Assembly (NCBI GenBank): GCA_020723485.1
Contig: DYIU01000004.1
Location: 27,057-91,056 of the forward strand
Length of the DNA stretch: 64,000 nucleotides
Direction: 5' to 3'
Origin: Acidimicrobium ferrooxidans
GTDB taxonomy: Bacteria > Actinomycetota > Geothermincolia > Fen-727 > Anoxymicrobiaceae
The notes below the pieces were generated by a model. That model was given only the letters and a program-made list of their open reading frames with translations, did no database searches and was not told the DNA's origin. Shown here in pieces: positions 59,395-64,000 of the stretch. Positions within the stretch are counted from its first letter, which is position 1, and the number at the start of each line of letters is the position of its first letter. Position numbers and translations under genes: made by a program.

Positions 59395-60797
59395 ATGAAA
59401 CAGACGGGGAGCAGGGCAAAGGCATACACTCTACTCCGTTACGTGACCGTCGTCTCCATCGCCCTGGCCGTGGCGGCGGGGGGCTTTTCGGGCTGCCGCG
59501 CCAGCGGCGTAACAGTCGCTCGGGCCGGGACCACCGGTTTCAGCAAGACGGTTTCCGCCACCGGCACCGTCGAGCCCTGCGAGCCGCTGTATGTCTACCC
59601 GGGGGCGAGCGGCCCCATCGCAGCGCTCGCCGTCCGCGACGGCGACAGGGTCGAGGCGGGACAGCTCCTTGCGACCCTCGACGCGGCTACCCTGGAGACC
59701 GAGGCCAGGAAAGCCGAATCGAACTACCTCACCCAGGCTTCGATGGGCGCGCTCTTCTCCTCCCTCTTCGCGAACATAGACTCGATGTTCGCCGCGCTCA
59801 ACTCGACCATGAGCATCGTGGATTACTACCGGGGCACCGTGGACACCGTCGTCAAGGACCTGAGCGGGCGCCTGGACGGGCTCGTGGCGCAGCTCCCTGA
59901 AGCAGCCAGGGCCAAGGCGGAGGAGGCCGCCGGCCTAGCCCGAGAGCAGTACCAGCTTCTCGTGTCGCAGGCGCCGTCGGCGCCCAGGATCGGAGGCTCA
60001 GGCTACCCCGGGCTCGCGTCCGCCGCCGACGAGGCCCGCTCGAAGCTGGCATACGACCAGTACCAGGAAGCGCTCGCGAGCTGCGCGAACAGCGAGGTCA
60101 GGGCGCCGGCCTCCGGGTACGTCTTCTTCGTCTCATCGGGCGGCCTTGTCCCCGAGGACCTCGTCTCGAGCATAAAGAGCAAGGCCGGGGGGTTCACGTC
60201 CTCCCTCAAGTTCCTGGGAGGCGGGATGGAGTCGATGTTCGAGGACACCGTCCTCGACTTCGTGCTGCCGGAGCTCGAGCTCAAGACAGGGAGCCTCATC
60301 GAGAAGGACAAGCCCGCCTTCATGATCTGCGACTTTAGCAGGGTGACCGTCAAGGTCGAGGTCGAGGAAGCCGACGTCCCGCTGGTCGAGGCGGGCCAGC
60401 GGGTCGACGTGACGCTCGAGGCCCTGAGGGGCGAGCCGCTACCTGGTGTCGTGGAGCACGTGGCCATGCGCCCCAGCCTGAGCCTGTCGGAGACCCCGGT
60501 GTACGAGGTATCGGTCCAGGTGGAAGCAGGAGCGGCGGCCCGGTATCTCAGGCTCGGGTACACGGCGAACGCGGAGATACGGGTCGTCGACGAGAAGAAA
60601 GCCGTCACCCTTCCGCTCGAGGCCGTGCTCATGGAGCCAAGCCCCCACGTGTTCGTTGTGCGCGACGGCCGCGCCAGGACCCGCAAGGTCGAGCTCGGGG
60701 CCGAGGACGAGACGAGGGTGGTGGTCGCGGGCGGGCTTCGGAAAGGTGAGAGCGTGGTCGTGAAAGGCGCGGGTAAGCTCGAGGACGGGAGCGAATT

Positions 60798-60801
<4 letters not shown>
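59395..60801 (+). CDS. efflux membrane-fusion (MacA/HlyD-like) adaptor
   Basis: V.ATGTVEP, V.DGDRV.AGQLLA.LD, RAP.SG, V.E.DV..V..GQ and GL..GE.VV. Confidence 0.85.
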
Positions 60802-61591
<790 letters not shown>

Positions 61592-61595
<4 letters not shown>

Positions 61596-62839
61596 GAGCT
61601 TCCGAGACGTTCCGGGCAAGCGTTAGCGCGCTGGGCGCCAACAAGCTGCGCGTGCTCCTCACAACCGTGGGGGTTGTCTCCGGCTCTTTCCTCATCTTCG
61701 TCCTGCTCTCGGTCGGCAGCGGGACCGCGAGGCAGGGGACGAACCTCATAAGGAACCTCGCCCCCAACGCGGTGGTGGTGGTGCACGGCTACTTCCCGAG
61801 CGAAGCGGACGCCGGCAGCATAAGCTTCTCCCCCTCCGAGATGCTGCAGCAGATGGAGACCGGCGGCCAGGGCCTGCCCCTGTTCGGGAGCAGCCTCGAG
61901 CCCGAGATGGCCTACCAGATCCAGAAGAAGCTCCCGGAAGGCTGCTACGCGTGCCCCCTGAGCGTCGACATAAAGACAGTCGAGTTCGGCGGGGCCTCGC
62001 GCAACGTATTCCAGTTCGCGACCAACGAGAACTACCCGCGCGTGCGCGGGCAGGAGATGCTGGCCGGGAGGTACTTCAACCGCTCGGACAGGGGGCGCAG
62101 CGTCTGCGTGCTTGGCAGCTACCTGAAGGAGAGGGTGTTCGGGGACGTCGACCCGGTGGGCAGGGAGGTCAGGGTCGACGGGAGGCGCTTCAAGGTCACC
62201 GGCGTGCTCGAGCCGAAGGGCATGACGTTCGTGGTCAACAACGACGACTTTCTCCTGGTGCCTTACTGGGTGGGCGGGCACCTCGGGGGCGGCAAGACGG
62301 ACGGGTTCCTCGTCTCTACCCCGTCGCGCGACGCGATGCGCAGGGTCAAATCGATCTGCGAGAAGGAGATGAGGGCGCTCGTCGGTGACGAAAGCTACAC
62401 CATCGTCTCCGAGGACGAGCTCCTGGCGCTCGCCGGCCAGGCGACGCGGATGCTCGAGATAATGTCTGCCATCATCACCGCCGTGGCCCTCGTGGTAGGC
62501 GGGGTGAGCATCATGAACATCATGCTGGTGGCTGTGAGGGAGCGCTACCGCGAGATAGGCATCCGCAAGGCGGTCGGCGCCGGGCCCGCCGAGATCCTGG
62601 CGCAGTTCCTCGTCGAGGCCGTGCTGATGGGCCTTGCCGGCGGGATAGCGGGCATCGCGCTGGGCTACGTTTTCATCAAGGCCGTCGAGCTGCTCTTCGA
62701 CTACCCGGCGTACGTGAGCGCATGGTCCGTGTGCGTCGCTTTCGGGTTCTCGCTCGCGGTGGGCGGGTTCTTCGGAGCGTGGCCGGCGCTCAAGGCCGCG
62801 AGGCTCGACCCCGTGGAGTCCCTCGGCCACCAGGTGTGA
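61592..62839 (+). CDS. ABC transporter permease (MacB/FtsX-like)
   Basis: NKLR..LT, GGVSIMNIMLV.V.ER..EIGIRKAVGA and P..KAARLDPVE.L. Confidence 0.93.
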
Positions 62840-62846
62840 CACGCAA

Positions 62847-62942
62847 CCGGTTCGACCCGGGGCCCTCGCGCCCCGGACCCGGTTTGAGCCGGGGCTCTGC
62901 GGCCCCGGACCCGGTTTGAGCCGGGGCTCTCCAGCCCCGGAC
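62847..62942. repeat. 3 x 32-bp tandem repeat, each unit with a CCGGGGC-N6-GCCCCGG hairpin
   Basis: Units at 62847, 62879 and 62911; stems invariant, loops differ. Confidence 0.9.
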
Positions 62943-62962
62943 CTGACAGCAAGGAGGCGGAT

Positions 62963-64000
62963 ATGGACTACGACGTGATAGTGATAGGGGCCGGGGCCGG
63001 AGGGCTCTCGGCGGGTGCCACGCTCGCCTCCAGGGGGTTCAGCACGCTGGTCGTCGAGCAGTCCGGCACGGTCGGCGGCTGCGCCTCCTACTTCGAGCGG
63101 GACGGTTTCCAGTTCGACGTGGGTGCATGCATCGTGGAGATGCCGGAAGCCCACGAACGTTTCTACGCGGGGTTGGGCCTGCGCCGGGAGGACTACGTCA
63201 CGTTCCTGCGCAACGACCCTCTCTACGAGCTCATCGACATGACCACGGGCGAGCGCATACTGGTCCCCTCCTCTCTCGAGGAGACAGCGGAGATGATAGG
63301 CGCCTACAGCGCCCGGGACGCGGCCAGCTTCAGGTGGTTCATGAACAAGTACGGGCCCGTCCTCGACCGGTTCGCCGACGTCCTGTTGACCACGCCTCAG
63401 GGCCGGGCGAGGGACATGCTGAAGGTCTTCGCGCGGTGCCCGGGCATCATTAAGAGCGCCCATGTCTGGATGACACCTTACGGGAAGCTGCTCGACGACC
63501 TGTTCGAGCACCCGGTCACGAAGGGGATGCTCGGCAACTACTCGGTGATAGGGGGCCTTCCCCCGTCGGTGCAGGTCGGGCTCATGATGTGGCTCGTCTA
63601 CCTCGAGCACCGCGGCATGTACTACCCCGAGGGCGGCATGGGCGCCATCCCCAGGGGCATGGCGAGGGCGCTGGAAGACGTCGGGGGCGAGCTGGCGCTC
63701 GACACGCCCGTGCGGCGGGTCATCGTTGACAGGCACAGGGCCCGCGGCGTGGTGCTGGCCGACGGCACGCCGGTCACGGCGCGCGCGGTCGTGAGCAACG
63801 CCAACGCCCTACCCCTCTACATGGACCTCGTCGGGCCCGAGCACCTCCCCGGCGCCGTGGTGAAGGGCCTCAAGAGCTACAGGCCGTCTCCCAGCTGCAC
63901 CGTGGCCTACCTCGGGCTCGACTACCAGCCGCCCATGAGGGCTCAGCACATCTTCGCGATGGCGAGCCCCGAGCTCCTCGACAGCTTCTGGTTCAGCATC
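62963..64000 (+). CDS. phytoene desaturase (CrtI/COG1233)-like FAD oxidoreductase, 3'-truncated
   Basis: AAGGAGG RBS, MDYDVIVIGAGAGGLSAG...EQSGTVGGC...RDGFQFDVGA...YYPEGGMGAI; absent from the ORF track because no stop falls in the window. Confidence 0.88.
   Translation, partial: MDYDVIVIGAGAGGLSAGATLASRGFSTLVVEQSGTVGGCASYFERDGFQFDVGACIVEMPEAHERFYAGLGLRREDYVTFLRNDPLYELIDMTTGERILVPSSLEETAEMIGAYSARDAASFRWFMNKYGPVLDRFADVLLTTPQGRARDMLKVFARCPGIIKSAHVWMTPYGKLLDDLFEHPVTKGMLGNYSVIGGLPPSVQVGLMMWLVYLEHRGMYYPEGGMGAIPRGMARALEDVGGELALDTPVRRVIVDRHRARGVVLADGTPVTARAVVSNANALPLYMDLVGPEHLPGAVVKGLKSYRPSPSCTVAYLGLDYQPPMRAQHIFAMASPELLDSFWFSI

Noticed and set aside
62847..62942. CRISPR array
   Set aside because: Only 6-nt loops vary, so there are no spacer-length unique sequences.

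Overview
High-GC window from an anaerobic bacterium, probably a deep-branching actinobacterium (inferred from RpoD, alpha2beta2 GlyQS, PPDK, flavodiiron/rubrerythrin/desulfoferrodoxin and AOR). The right half is a minus-strand housekeeping backbone: folC-ndk-mreBCD-mrdA-rodA-era-mgtE-deoC-recO-uppS ... glyQS-ppdK-dgt-dnaG-rpoD ... tRNA-Asn. It is interrupted by an acyl-CoA dehydrogenase/lipoprotein/AOR block, and by a large O2/NO/iron-stress cluster between rpoD and the tRNA. The left ~22 kb is accessory, mostly lipid/acyl and redox metabolism. The right end holds a TetR-linked MacAB-like exporter and a partial phytoene-desaturase-like gene. No transposase, integrase, CRISPR array or rRNA was seen. 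The strongest unexplained signals are: (1) a family of long palindromes with a GGGGTCA(G/C)...(C/G)TGACCCC core, each self-complementary but diverged from the others, mostly placed right after stop codons and at synteny breakpoints, with one pair showing a compensatory change; (2) an 80-bp tandem duplication behind tRNA-Asn carrying the tRNA 3' end plus an inverted anti-tRNA copy of the T-arm; (3) an encapsulin-type ferritin whose TGA is in frame with a TIGR02757-like gene that lacks a canonical start; (4) a candidate N-acyl/sphingoid lipid catabolic locus; (5) apparent pseudo-enzymes (AOR, CPBP). Family assignments come from motif recognition, not database searches.
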